A stretch of DNA of 64,000 bases from a virus: IMG/VR virus record IMGVR_UViG_3300048583_000366, positions 3,655 through 67,654 of that record; one strand, written 5' to 3'. Below, one piece after another: positions 25,275-35,560 of the stretch. Positions within the stretch are counted from its first letter, which is position 1. Each line of letters starts with the position of its first letter. The notes under the pieces are model-generated. The model saw only the letters and a program-made list of their open reading frames with translations, was not told the DNA's origin and made no database searches. The translations under genes were made by a program, and so were the position numbers.

Positions 25275-26204
25275 TTATAAAAAAGATTTGAATTTTTTCA
25301 TTACCTCTTCCGGAGTAAAATCTTTAACCAGGTGCCGCATATAGTATTTCTTTTTTTCAAATGACAGTAGAATAGTTTTCAACTCTTCAGAAGTTTCATA
25401 ATAAAACCCTTCACTACCTAGCATATGAATATGATTTCTATCTCTACCGTCTATATTAGTTATCACAGGCTTGTCCTGATGTAAAAACTCAGCTATAGCT
25501 AATCCGAAAGTCTCTCCTTCCATTCTCCCATGTATCATTGCGTCACATGTATTTATAAACCTGGTTTTAGTTACCAAATCTATTTCCGGATCTACGTGTA
25601 TTATTCTATCGTGGTAAACATTAAGAGGCGCTGTATTCATTAGTAAAAATACTATATCTCCACGACTGGCACAAACATCTTTTATTATATCTAGGTATGG
25701 AACATCAAATTGAGAATATCCTCCATGCCTACCAAAGACTATGGCATCCTTTTTAATTCCTATGAAGTCTCTGAAATCTTCTGTCTCCTTTGGAAGACTA
25801 ACTATGTGCGGAAGGTAATCTATTTTATATTTGTCACCTAGCCATTTGCTTACAGCTACGTAATGATCTCCATGAGGTTGAGATCCATCAAATACTGCAT
25901 GGACTATATTCTTTATTCCAGGTACTAGTTTTCCATCATTAGCCCCACCTTTTATAAAGTAAGCGTGAGTTATTTTAAATATGTTCACCAAGTTAGAACA
26001 GAACTCAGTAAAATCATCATAAAGAAGTATTCTGTCAAACCCAAATCTTCGTACAAACTTATCATGAGCAGACATATCACTGCCCATGGGTACAGCTATA
26101 TAAGATTCATTTCCTAGAATAGTTTCATTATAATGAGCGTAGTCATATAAGGCTATTTCTGTGCCCCTTATTCCCAATTGGTTTGAGTGGAACAATACCC
26201 TCAT
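25275..26204 (-). CDS. GT-B (GT4-like) glycosyltransferase
   Basis: RGTEIALYDYAHYNE, FGRHGG, CDAMIHGRMEGETFGLAIAEF. Confidence 0.85.
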   Translation of the reverse strand: MRVLFHSNQLGIRGTEIALYDYAHYNETILGNESYIAVPMGSDMSAHDKFVRRFGFDRILLYDDFTEFCSNLVNIFKITHAYFIKGGANDGKLVPGIKNIVHAVFDGSQPHGDHYVAVSKWLGDKYKIDYLPHIVSLPKETEDFRDFIGIKKDAIVFGRHGGYSQFDVPYLDIIKDVCASRGDIVFLLMNTAPLNVYHDRIIHVDPEIDLVTKTRFINTCDAMIHGRMEGETFGLAIAEFLHQDKPVITNIDGRDRNHIHMLGSEGFYYETSEELKTILLSFEKKKYYMRHLVKDFTPEEVMKKFKSFL

Positions 26205-26824
26205 AATGACTCGTATAAGTTATTCTGTAATTCTTGTCTCTTGATATCCTTCATGTGTAGAAGACAATAGTCCTCTGTCTCATAAGGCAGAGTAGTATGA
26301 GTCTCATGGCCCACTAATCTTTCATGGACTTTCCCTTCCCACTTTATAGTCTCTATATTTTTTATAATCCTGGTCTGTAGATCGGGGTACATTACGTATC
26401 CTTTTTCATTAACAGTCCATCCCCACTTAGCTATATGTTCCGGTGTAAGTCCTACAACTACATTCACCCTGGGTACCAGGTATAAATCTACCTTCGAATT
26501 ATTGTATAATATTTCTTTTAAAGTTAGCATGAGATTTTCATGCATATTCTCATCTGCATCTATAAAGAAAATATACTGTTTGGCACATTTAGACTTTGCA
26601 AAATTTTTATGGGCTGAGAAATCTCCTTCAAACTTATGCTGGTAGTAGGAGATTTTATCTTTATATTTTTCTAATACTTGTACAGTGGTGGGCTCATCTG
26701 AGTAATCATCTACTACCACTATCTCATCTTCCGGCTGTAGATGCCTAAGTAACCTTTGCATAAGGGAATCTATATACATACTCCCCTCATTATGAACTGT
26801 TATACAGTAAGATATACTAACCAT
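26201..26824 (-). CDS. Glycosyltransferase family 2
   Basis: ISYCITVHNE, IVVVDDYSD, FSAHKN, FFIDADE, KVHE. Confidence 0.9.
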   Translation of the reverse strand: MVSISYCITVHNEGSMYIDSLMQRLLRHLQPEDEIVVVDDYSDEPTTVQVLEKYKDKISYYQHKFEGDFSAHKNFAKSKCAKQYIFFIDADENMHENLMLTLKEILYNNSKVDLYLVPRVNVVVGLTPEHIAKWGWTVNEKGYVMYPDLQTRIIKNIETIKWEGKVHERLVGHETHTTLPYETEDYCLLHMKDIKRQELQNNLYESL

Positions 26825-27020
26825 TGTGCGTGTTTAATACTTTAAAAAATCCACGATAATTTTGTATGTTCCTGAGAATTTTTAAAACTAGTTCTTTATC
26901 CTCCAAGTCAGCTCCCTCTAATTTTTTTATAAGGATTTTTAGTTCATTATCTGCATCCTTATGTTTTTTTTCCCAGGCTTTATTAGCATCATATTCGTAA
27001 GAATCGCTATAATGTCCCAT
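26817..27020 (-). CDS. hypothetical protein
   Basis: Packed ORF. Confidence 0.55.
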   Translation of the reverse strand: MGHYSDSYEYDANKAWEKKHKDADNELKILIKKLEGADLEDKELVLKILRNIQNYRGFFKVLNTHNG

Positions 27021-27030
27021 AGTATTTAGT

Positions 27031-27474
27031 TTAAAGAAATCCTAAGGCCTCTAAAGCTTTGGAAAAATACCCCTGATCAAAATGCATAACATTTTTCATA
27101 TCAGTTTTATACTTGTGGTATGTCCCATCTGCTTTTCTAAATCTTTCTTTTTCTTCCTCTTTCACAGGTATGTGTAAAGCTACTGCCCATTTCCAGTCTT
27201 CTTTGTTGGTACCATCCGGAAACACTATACCCACACCTTCCTTTATTACAGTATTAGGGTACCAGACAAATCCCTCAGAATCAATAAATTTAATATCCCT
27301 AAATAGATTAGGAACCATGGACTGATATTCCATAATAGCCTCAGTATTTTCCAGTAGAAGAGTATTGGTGGTATACCCACACTGAAGGCAATCCCAAGAA
27401 ATAACTCCGTCACGATGTCTTTCATAACAAAGAGGAGATCCGCATTTTCTACAACTAGTCAATGTATCTTTCAT
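27031..27474 (-). CDS. Zinc-ribbon hypothetical protein
   Basis: CRKCGS...CLQCGY. Confidence 0.7.
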   Translation of the reverse strand: MKDTLTSCRKCGSPLCYERHRDGVISWDCLQCGYTTNTLLLENTEAIMEYQSMVPNLFRDIKFIDSEGFVWYPNTVIKEGVGIVFPDGTNKEDWKWAVALHIPVKEEEKERFRKADGTYHKYKTDMKNVMHFDQGYFSKALEALGFL

Positions 27475-27476
27475 TA

Positions 27477-27854
27477 TTAATCTATTAGTAGTTGTTTAAT
27501 TTTCATGCTTAAAAATTGTGGGTCTGATGGAATTACTTCTTCTTTATTTATCCCAGGTAAATCAGAAGTTAAAGTTTCCGGATTCTTTGCTGTAGTAAAT
27601 GTACAATCTTTATATTCTCCATTAGCTGAAGCGGCTACAGAAACTCCAGTAGCTGTAGACACCCAGGGTAAGCCGCCACCAGTACCTCCATCATTAGTTA
27701 ATACTCCAGTAGGAAGTACTGTAAGAGGTTTATTTCCATCATTAACTTTTTCCAACTCTTCCACCAATAAATCCCATTGAGCTGGTGTTATATTAAAAGA
27801 GTTAGCAGCTTTAGAAAAACCTTTTAGCCATATTACAAATTCTTTGCTTGTCAT
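27477..27854 (-). CDS. hypothetical protein
   Basis: MTSKEFVIWLKGF...QW N-terminal module common in phages. Confidence 0.65.
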   Translation of the reverse strand: MTSKEFVIWLKGFSKAANSFNITPAQWDLLVEELEKVNDGNKPLTVLPTGVLTNDGGTGGGLPWVSTATGVSVAASANGEYKDCTFTTAKNPETLTSDLPGINKEEVIPSDPQFLSMKIKQLLID

Positions 27855-27858
27855 AATG

Positions 27859-27866
27859 CAAATATA
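27859..27866 (-). promoter_or_regulatory. Bacteroidota-type -7 box (TATATTTG)
   Basis: TAnnTTTG 4 nt upstream of ATG at 27854 (possibly leaderless transcript). Confidence 0.5.
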
Positions 27867-27870
27867 AGGG

Positions 27871-29181
27871 TTATTTAATTTCTTCTAAGTATTCTGGGTC
27901 TGGTTTTTTTATACTAGCCAGCTTTGGTAGAGATATTGGTACTGGTCTGCTTATAGCCGGAGTATACTTTTTCAACAATTCATCTAGTTTTTCTGCCATT
28001 TTATCCATACTGAAAACAGTTCTAGACCTATACCCCTGTCTTTTACCTCCATCAACATACTTAGAGTAGTTAGAATATATTTCCTGGAGTTTATCAGATA
28101 TACTCTTTACGTTAGGTTTAAACCAAGAAGACTCTTTTAATAAGAAATCATTCACCGTAGCCTGGTGTATTGGTTCTATGGCCCCTTCCACAAATAGATT
28201 GAATTCTTTTTCTAGAAAATCCATATGACCGCTCCATGGAGAAGCTACTATAGGCTTTCCTGATACTGCTGAAAATTCAATATAGGGTAGACCAAATCCT
28301 TCATTTCCCATCAAAGTAAAAGCTTTTACTTTTGGGTGAACATATAATTCACACATTTCCTCTTCAGTAAGTTCACCATGAAGTAAGTATATATTTGGGA
28401 GATCCGTATCATCTACAGTCTTAATGACACTACTAATAATTTTTAATGTGGCCTCTTCGTGAACATATGAATGACCCACAACAGAGGATTTTAAAATTAA
28501 AGCAGGTTTGTTTTTTTTGCCTTTGAAAGCTTCTAAGAAACCTTTTATAAGCCTTCCTACCATTTTCCTATCTTCTAATATATCAGCACCTGGAAGTAAG
28601 TGCCCCACTGCAAGGAAACAAAAATCTTCATTTATGTAGGACAGATCAAGATTTTTAGTAGTAGGTTTTTTATACACAGTAGTATCTAATCCTAAGAATA
28701 GAGTTTCCATTGGTTTTTCTAACTTTACCTTACCTACGCTCACCCCATTGTTATCTTTCTTTTCCCAAATAACTTCCTTAGCAGTAGTCTTTGCATGTTC
28801 ACATGATACCAGGTTTAAATCCATTGCATTAAGTCCTTCTATCATGGGGGCTGGTACAAGAGTTGTTTCCACTAAACAAGAATACCCTATATTAAACACT
28901 CCCATGCTTTTAAATTCATTGGCAACGCTTATTTGAATCCATACATCAGGTTTAGATTTTATCTGATTCTGATCTATGATCCTACTCTGTAAATCTATAT
29001 CATCCGGATTCCCAGTATTCAAAGCGCCGAAAGGAGTATTCCCCCATCGTAGAGATAGGAGCTTTATGTCCCACTCATTTCCTCTGACTTTAATAAGAGA
29101 TTTTATGAACGACCTGCTCATTGTCCCATAACCAGAAAAAGTATCGACTGGCGAAGCTATTACACAACTTAATTTATTCAT
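27871..29181 (-). CDS. GT-B (GT4-like) glycosyltransferase
   Basis: SGYG...R, VET, DRK, NEGFGLPYIEF, WSGHMDFL. Confidence 0.87.
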   Translation of the reverse strand: MNKLSCVIASPVDTFSGYGTMSRSFIKSLIKVRGNEWDIKLLSLRWGNTPFGALNTGNPDDIDLQSRIIDQNQIKSKPDVWIQISVANEFKSMGVFNIGYSCLVETTLVPAPMIEGLNAMDLNLVSCEHAKTTAKEVIWEKKDNNGVSVGKVKLEKPMETLFLGLDTTVYKKPTTKNLDLSYINEDFCFLAVGHLLPGADILEDRKMVGRLIKGFLEAFKGKKNKPALILKSSVVGHSYVHEEATLKIISSVIKTVDDTDLPNIYLLHGELTEEEMCELYVHPKVKAFTLMGNEGFGLPYIEFSAVSGKPIVASPWSGHMDFLEKEFNLFVEGAIEPIHQATVNDFLLKESSWFKPNVKSISDKLQEIYSNYSKYVDGGKRQGYRSRTVFSMDKMAEKLDELLKKYTPAISRPVPISLPKLASIKKPDPEYLEEIK

Positions 29182-30148
29182 GTTCTAATAGTAATTTAAT
29201 GTCATTTGTAACCATTTTAAAAACCATATCATGGAAAGAAGTTTTAGGTTTCCATCCCAATTCTCTTTTTGCTTTTGAGTAATCACCACGCAGAACGTCA
29301 ACTTCTGCTGGCCTGTAAAACTTAGGATCTATTTCTATGTACTCTTCCCAATCGTATATGTCAACCACAGAAAAAGCTGCTTGTAGAAAATCTCTCACAC
29401 TATAAGTCTCATCAGTAGCTATCACATAATCATCTGGTGAATTTTTCTGTAACATTCTCCACATCGCATCCACATAGTCTGGTGCGTATCCCCAATCTCT
29501 TTTTGCTTCTATATTCCCCAAACTAATTTTATGAGAAATTCCTCTAGCTATCTTAGCTACTCCCATACTAATTTTTCTTGTAACGAATTCTTCTCCACGC
29601 CTTTCTGATTCATGGTTGAATAGAATACCGCTGCAAGCATACATATGATAGGATTCCCGGTAATTTTTAGTTATCCAGTGACCGTATAGCTTAGACACTC
29701 CATATGGGCTCCTTGGATAAAAAGGAGTATTTTCATTTGCCGGATTTTCAACCATTCTCCCAAACATTTCAGAGGATGAGGCCTGGTAGAATTTTATATT
29801 TCCGGATTTGCTATACATTCTAATAGCTTCTAGCATTCTTAATACTCCTAGACCTGTTACATCTGAAGTCTGTTCTGGAGTATTCCAACTCTCCCCTACA
29901 AAAGATTGAGCGGCTAAGTTGTAAACCTCATCTGGTTTAGATTCTTCCAGGCATCTTAGTAAAGAGTTCTGATCAGTTAAATCACCTTTAAGTAGATTTA
30001 TCTTACCAGACAAGTGTTTTATGTTCCCTCCCACAGAGCTAGAAGTTCTTCTCTGCATACCGAACACTTCATATCCTTTGTCTAATAGAAAGTCAGCTAA
30101 ATGACTTCCATCCATTCCATTTATACCTGTGATAAAAGCTGTTGGCAT
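29174..30148 (-). CDS. gmd: GDP-mannose 4,6-dehydratase
   Basis: ITGINGMDGSHLA, YNLAAQSFV, QASSSEMFG, PRSPYGVSK, LFNHESERRG, RDWGYA. Confidence 0.96.
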   Translation of the reverse strand: MPTAFITGINGMDGSHLADFLLDKGYEVFGMQRRTSSSVGGNIKHLSGKINLLKGDLTDQNSLLRCLEESKPDEVYNLAAQSFVGESWNTPEQTSDVTGLGVLRMLEAIRMYSKSGNIKFYQASSSEMFGRMVENPANENTPFYPRSPYGVSKLYGHWITKNYRESYHMYACSGILFNHESERRGEEFVTRKISMGVAKIARGISHKISLGNIEAKRDWGYAPDYVDAMWRMLQKNSPDDYVIATDETYSVRDFLQAAFSVVDIYDWEEYIEIDPKFYRPAEVDVLRGDYSKAKRELGWKPKTSFHDMVFKMVTNDIKLLLEHE

Positions 30149-30157
30149 ATTAATTTT

Positions 30158-31594
30158 TTATAAGGATAATGGGTGTTTTAAGGTACGTATAGGATTTCTT
30201 TCTACTTTTAAAAGATTGTACCTTTCTCTGGGCTCAAAATTCTCTACAGTTTGATCAATAGCTTCAACAATATTTTTACACATGTTTGTAGCACTCATCA
30301 TAGACTCATCAGAGGTAACCCAATTCCTTCCGGATATTCCCCTATTCTCTCTTTCCTCTTTAGGCATGTCGTATACTTTTCTTATGGCTATAGCAGCATC
30401 TCTAAAGTCTACCCTATCATCTGCAATATATGGGGTAGGTACGGACCCTTGTATACTTATATTTGATGGGAAAACAGGAATGGCCCACTCTCCACATTTT
30501 TTATATCTACCAAAATGGTTGGAGCAGAACTCTTCAGTGAACTCTATCCACTCTCCTTTCTCATTCTCGAATCTCATTTGATCTTGCATCCCTCCGGTAA
30601 CATTGGCTATTATAGGAACACCACACATTAAGCTCTCCGTTAGGGATAATCCCCACCCTTCATTACTACTTAGGAGTATTGTAACATCAGATGAGTTGTA
30701 AAGCATGTTCATGTATTTTACATCAGATCCTACCTGGGAGAAGATTACCTGTTTGTACCTATCTCCCATGAACATTTCTATAACAGCATTTAAATCGGTA
30801 CCGTTCTCGTCTACAGGATTAGTATGAAGAACTAAGCAACACTTGTCTGCTTTTTCTGAACTTAATTCATCAAGAAAAAGTTTGAAAGCTACTATAGTAT
30901 CTGGAATAGATTTTCTACGTATATTTCTACTGTTAAATAGAACTACAAATTCATAGTCCTTTTTAAGAAGTTTCTTTTTGAACTCTTGAAGTTCTGAGTA
31001 TTTCTCATGACCTGGAACTATATTAGAAAACATAGTTTCGTGAATTCCATGAGGAACATACTTTATAATCTTACTATCAGCATGCTCTCCTAAAACAACT
31101 CTATTCAATATCTCCGTTTGTTTGGAAATAGCCAATAAAGTATTGCAGCTTCTGTAGAACTCTTTATTGTATAAGGGCCCGGGCTCACAATCCCATATTT
31201 GAAGATATACGAAAGGTATAGTTTTCCTAATTTCATGCTCAATTTCAAAAAGCCAGATATAGTATCTTGGATCTGTAATAAACATGATAACATCTGGTTT
31301 CTCATGAGCAATTAAAGATCTCACGATATCAGGATTCCCATACCCATCAACAGGGTATAAGAACACATGAGAATCGTCTATACCAACTATATCATTAGTT
31401 GACTGACACAACTCTAGTCTTTTACCCTTGTCCGGATGGTTCATCGCACCTCCCATAACAGCGTAATTGTACCTATGTGCCGTACCTAATACTATTTCTC
31501 TTGCTATTGTAGCAATACCGGAAAAGAACCTTATATCATCAGCTATCAGCAGGATCTTCTTCCTATCTTCTTTTTTTATATAACCTTCTCTCAT
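30158..31594 (-). CDS. GT-B (GT4-like) glycosyltransferase
   Basis: TDPRY, WD, VPHG, NSRNIRRK, SNEGWGLSLTES, TGGMQDQ. Confidence 0.88.
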   Translation of the reverse strand: MREGYIKKEDRKKILLIADDIRFFSGIATIAREIVLGTAHRYNYAVMGGAMNHPDKGKRLELCQSTNDIVGIDDSHVFLYPVDGYGNPDIVRSLIAHEKPDVIMFITDPRYYIWLFEIEHEIRKTIPFVYLQIWDCEPGPLYNKEFYRSCNTLLAISKQTEILNRVVLGEHADSKIIKYVPHGIHETMFSNIVPGHEKYSELQEFKKKLLKKDYEFVVLFNSRNIRRKSIPDTIVAFKLFLDELSSEKADKCCLVLHTNPVDENGTDLNAVIEMFMGDRYKQVIFSQVGSDVKYMNMLYNSSDVTILLSSNEGWGLSLTESLMCGVPIIANVTGGMQDQMRFENEKGEWIEFTEEFCSNHFGRYKKCGEWAIPVFPSNISIQGSVPTPYIADDRVDFRDAAIAIRKVYDMPKEERENRGISGRNWVTSDESMMSATNMCKNIVEAIDQTVENFEPRERYNLLKVERNPIRTLKHPLSL

Positions 31595-31633
31595 TATTAT
31601 AACAAATGTGTTTTAATTTTTACTGCACATTAC

Positions 31634-31834
31634 TTATAGGCTTCCGCTAGGGGCCAGGGAACTATACGACATTAAATTTTCTTTGAATTGAGGATCATTA
31701 ATAAAAAGGTGTATAGTCCTGTTAACTAGTTTTTGCAAAGAGAATCCGGTTCTTGCACTTTCTATCCTAAAACTCTCTGCTAAATCTGAGTGTATTTTTA
31801 CCGAAGTAAGCTTTAAATTATCGTTTCTGCTCAT
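31634..31834 (-). CDS. Ribbon-helix-helix-like small DNA-binding protein
   Basis: LTSVKI (strand), helix, FSLQKLVNRTIHLF. Confidence 0.55.
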   Translation of the reverse strand: MSRNDNLKLTSVKIHSDLAESFRIESARTGFSLQKLVNRTIHLFINDPQFKENLMSYSSLAPSGSL

Positions 31835-31888
31835 ATGATCAATATATTTGTATATATAAATATACAGATTTGGGCATAAAAGTATAAT

Positions 31889-32830
31889 TTATCCAGGTTT
31901 TTTATCGCAAAATTCAGGTTTATCGCTAAATGGGCAAAATCTGCAGTTACTACTTGAAGGTTTTTTAGGGTGGTATTTCTCTTTTGCAACTCCATTAGGC
32001 TCAAAACAATCATCTATAAACACATTTAACCTCTGCAGAGCATTTTTTACCTTATTCGTTCCATGGGCTGGCTCATGTATTTGAATTCTGCTTTGGGGGA
32101 AATCTGCATTCTCCCATAACTTTCTTTTCAAAATTCTGAATTTAGGAACTATTTGTTTTGGGTCGATACCAAACTGCTTACCGAAGAAGTGTTTATATAA
32201 AAGTAGTTGGGATTGTTTAGTCTCATCAGATTTTTCATACTTAGACCATCCCTTAGTAGAGGTTTTGAAATCCTCCATACTTATAGTCTGATCAGAATTT
32301 TCCCTAAGAACTAAATCTATGAAAGCGTTAAATAAGAAAACATCGCTATCATCTTTTATAGGGACGCTTAAGGGTATCTCCATTCCAAGTAATTCCTGGG
32401 TTCTATTGGAAAAATGTTCTTTTCTTTTTTTCTTAAAGGTTTCCAGGATATTTACACCATCCTCATAGAATTCCATCATCTCTTCTTTATTAGAAAAGTG
32501 AATTCCGTTATTCTTCTCAAGTTCTACTTTATACTCTCTTTTAAAGCTTTTCTCAAATATGCCTAATATGTCTATCTCATCAGCTGCTTTTGCACTTTTT
32601 TGAAATAGTACTTTTAGATATTCCTGTATAGCTTCGTGTATAGCGGTACCAAATATAGTGTTTACACTCCCGGTAAATAGATAATTACCTTTGGCATATG
32701 TTAAGTACCATCTATATGGGCAACTTTCATACACTGAGAATTGTGAGTATGATATATTTTTTTGATCAGCTCTTTTCTCCTTGCTTAATTTAGACAGTAT
32801 TTCCTCAGATAGGCCCAGGTGTCCTTTCAT
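31889..32830 (-). CDS. PD-(D/E)XK nuclease, Cas4/AddB-like
   Basis: SYSQ...CP, GTAIHE, E...FID...DFKT, QL..Y, C-terminal CRFCPF...C (4 Cys). Confidence 0.9.
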   Translation of the reverse strand: MKGHLGLSEEILSKLSKEKRADQKNISYSQFSVYESCPYRWYLTYAKGNYLFTGSVNTIFGTAIHEAIQEYLKVLFQKSAKAADEIDILGIFEKSFKREYKVELEKNNGIHFSNKEEMMEFYEDGVNILETFKKKRKEHFSNRTQELLGMEIPLSVPIKDDSDVFLFNAFIDLVLRENSDQTISMEDFKTSTKGWSKYEKSDETKQSQLLLYKHFFGKQFGIDPKQIVPKFRILKRKLWENADFPQSRIQIHEPAHGTNKVKNALQRLNVFIDDCFEPNGVAKEKYHPKKPSSSNCRFCPFSDKPEFCDKKPG

Positions 32831-33018
32831 TATAATTTATTTATTAGGTTCTCTAACTCTTCTATTAATTTTTCAGATCTGCTGAGAAGTTCTTCAAAGT
32901 AGTTAGAATCATTAATTTGAGTGGATTGTCCTATCTCATAGAGTTTTATTTCAGTCTCCAGGCTTTTCAGTTCAGTTTGATTCTCAAGTATCTTCTTATT
33001 TATTTCCGAAATATCCAT
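32830..33018 (-). CDS. hypothetical coiled-coil protein
   Basis: Packed ORF. Confidence 0.55.
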   Translation of the reverse strand: MDISEINKKILENQTELKSLETEIKLYEIGQSTQINDSNYFEELLSRSEKLIEELENLINKL

Positions 33019-33257
33019 TAAGATTCTTTTTCAGATTTTAATCCTTCAGGTAAAAACTCATCATTCACGTGTCCGCAACTTACACAATGAAATACTGGTA
33101 TTGGGATTAATTGATCCTTATCGCTTGTTGAGGCTAAAAGAAACTTAGATACTTTTCTAAGTAAATAGGACTCAGAAAAATTAGTACCGTTACATTTTTC
33201 ACAAAGTACTCCGGTAGTTTGTTCAAATCTTATTCCTGCTAATGGGTTTTGTTGCAT
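33018..33257 (-). CDS. Zinc-ribbon protein
   Basis: CEKC...CVSCGH. Confidence 0.75.
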   Translation of the reverse strand: MQQNPLAGIRFEQTTGVLCEKCNGTNFSESYLLRKVSKFLLASTSDKDQLIPIPVFHCVSCGHVNDEFLPEGLKSEKES

Positions 33258-33261
33258 ACTT

Positions 33262-33369
33262 TTAAATTGAGTTTACTACATCTATTATTTTGAAAATAGA
33301 TATGATTACTAGGGCAGATGAAATGATTAAGATAATATCTCTTCTTGTATTTAATTTTACAGATTTCAT
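33262..33369 (-). CDS. 35-aa single-TM peptide (below ORF cutoff)
   Basis: MKSVKLNTRRDIILIISSALVIISIFKIIDVVNSI fills the gap after groEL. Confidence 0.45.
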   Translation of the reverse strand: MKSVKLNTRRDIILIISSALVIISIFKIIDVVNSI

Positions 33370-33382
33370 TTTTTATTATTTA

Positions 33383-35029
33383 TTACATAAACTGACTGTA
33401 GTCAATATCTTCTTTTTTCTTTTCCCCTATAGTATACACTACAGACTCTGTTGTGAGGATAGTGCCAGCTACGCTAGCTGCATTTTCTAAAGCTGTTATA
33501 GTAACTTTAGTAGGATCTATTATACCAGCAACAAAGGTATTAACCCTCTGACCTGTTTTTACATTGAACCCTTCCCAATATGGATCCTCAGAGGTAACTT
33601 TTTCAGTATTTATTTTGCTTAAAACAGAATGATAATCCTCTATTCCTGCATTTGCAAGGATAACTCTGAAAGGTGCGTATAAAGCTTTCTCAACTATTCT
33701 GAAGCCCATCAATTGATCATCATTATCAAATTCTAAAGTGGAGAATTCTTCTATAGAATTTATTAAAGATACACCGCCGCCAGGAACTATGCCCATATCT
33801 AGGGCAGCTTTAGTTGCATGAAGAGCATCATCTACACGATCCTTTTTTTCTTTCATCTCAATTTCACTAAGACCTCCTACATTTATTATAGCTACTCCTC
33901 CGGTTAGTTTGGATAATCTATCTTGAAGTCTCTCCCTTTCAAAATTAGACTTAGCTAAACCTATTTGTGCCTTTATCTCATCAAGGCGCTTCTCAATACC
34001 TTCTGCAGATCCCTTACCATCTATGATAGTAGTATCTTTTGAGGACACACTAACCATTCTAGCTTCTCCAAAAAATGTACGAATCTCATCTTTCTTCATC
34101 TTATCTATCTTATGACCCTTGGTAGGAGCTACTACGGTTCCTCCAGTTAAGATAGATATGTCTTCTAATACATGAGTCCTACGATCACCAAAATCAGGAG
34201 CTTTTACTGCACATACTTTTATAACATTATTAGCTTTGTTTACAACTAACAAAGCTAGAGCCTCTCCTTCAATGTCCTCTGCCACTATTAAAACTCCCTT
34301 AGAGTCTTCTGCAGCTGCTTGTAGTATCGGTACTACCTGAGATGCTCCGGTTAACTTACCATCATACAGGAAGATGTATGGTTTCTCTAACACAGATTGC
34401 ATCATATTTTGATTAGTGACAAAGTAGAGTGATTTGTACCCTCTATCAAACATCATCCCTTCCACTACCTCAAGGGAAGTTTCCCCTGTCTTTGATTCCT
34501 CGATTGCAACTACTCCGTCTACTCCAACCTTATCTAAGGCAGTGGCTATAAGATTTCCAACCTCTTCGTCATTATTGGCTGATAAAGTAGCAACCTGGCG
34601 TATTTGATCTTCAGATGATATCTGTCTGCACATCTTCTTTAAAGCACTAACAACAGCTTTAACTGCCTTATCTATGCCTTTCTTTACTTCCACCGCATTT
34701 GACCCTTGAGCAATTACTTTAATGCCCTCTGTTACCATCATAGTGGCTAGTAGAGTTGAAGTGGTAGTACCATCCCCTGCCTTATCTGCAGAACTCTCAG
34801 ACACTGTCCTTATCATCTGGGCACCTATATCTTCTACATCATCTTCTAATTTACTGAAAGCTTTAGCTACAGTTACGCCATCCTTAGTTATTTTAATAGT
34901 GCCGTCATCTCCCCTGATAATAACATTCCTGCCACCCGGGCCTAATGTAGAAGATACGCTATTATTTAGAGCATTTATACCAGCTAATAGTTTTTTCTTT
35001 AGTTCAGTTCCAAACTCAGTCTTTATCAT
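33383..35029 (-). CDS. groEL: Chaperonin GroEL
   Basis: [52 protein letters not shown]. Confidence 0.97.
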   Translation of the reverse strand: MIKTEFGTELKKKLLAGINALNNSVSSTLGPGGRNVIIRGDDGTIKITKDGVTVAKAFSKLEDDVEDIGAQMIRTVSESSADKAGDGTTTSTLLATMMVTEGIKVIAQGSNAVEVKKGIDKAVKAVVSALKKMCRQISSEDQIRQVATLSANNDEEVGNLIATALDKVGVDGVVAIEESKTGETSLEVVEGMMFDRGYKSLYFVTNQNMMQSVLEKPYIFLYDGKLTGASQVVPILQAAAEDSKGVLIVAEDIEGEALALLVVNKANNVIKVCAVKAPDFGDRRTHVLEDISILTGGTVVAPTKGHKIDKMKKDEIRTFFGEARMVSVSSKDTTIIDGKGSAEGIEKRLDEIKAQIGLAKSNFERERLQDRLSKLTGGVAIINVGGLSEIEMKEKKDRVDDALHATKAALDMGIVPGGGVSLINSIEEFSTLEFDNDDQLMGFRIVEKALYAPFRVILANAGIEDYHSVLSKINTEKVTSEDPYWEGFNVKTGQRVNTFVAGIIDPTKVTITALENAASVAGTILTTESVVYTIGEKKKEDIDYSQFM

Positions 35030-35244
35030 TTTTTATTAGGTTTTTTAGTTTCTTTAAGCTTAAATACTTTATAAGGAGTTCTTGATAAATTTGCATCCCA
35101 TCTGATGTCTGTTATTTTGAACTCAACAGGAATGTAATTACTGTCTATGTCATCTTGCATATTTTCATAGTAGTCAGGAAACATCATAAATTTTCCAGGT
35201 GCTGGGTAGTCTAATAAAAATGCCAAATGCTTGGTAGTTTCCAT
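35026..35244 (-). CDS. hypothetical protein between groES and groEL
   Basis: Overlaps groEL start by 4 nt. Confidence 0.6.
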   Translation of the reverse strand: METTKHLAFLLDYPAPGKFMMFPDYYENMQDDIDSNYIPVEFKITDIRWDANLSRTPYKVFKLKETKKPNKK

Positions 35245-35246
35245 TA

Positions 35247-35543
35247 TTAATCAGATATTTTAGTTAAAATTTCCACTTCTCTACAAACATAGTACTCATC
35301 TCCGTCTACTGTTATTTGAGTCACGGATGCTTTTGGAACTACTACAACATCTCCCACTTTTGTTTCCATTGGAAAAAATCCACCCATATGAGGATTAAAC
35401 ATCCCAGGGCCAGCATCCACTACTTCAAAATAGTTAGATTTTTCTTTACCAGTATCGGGTATAATAATTCCACCTACTACAGTATCTTCAGAGTCTATCT
35501 TTTTTAAAATAACTTTGTCGTGCAAGGCTACCAGTTTACTCAT
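35247..35543 (-). CDS. groES: Co-chaperonin GroES
   Basis: LHDKVIL, GGIIIPDTGKEK, VVDAGPG, KVGDVV. Confidence 0.95.
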   Translation of the reverse strand: MSKLVALHDKVILKKIDSEDTVVGGIIIPDTGKEKSNYFEVVDAGPGMFNPHMGGFFPMETKVGDVVVVPKASVTQITVDGDEYYVCREVEILTKISD

Positions 35544-35560
35544 TTTATATTTATTTTTGA

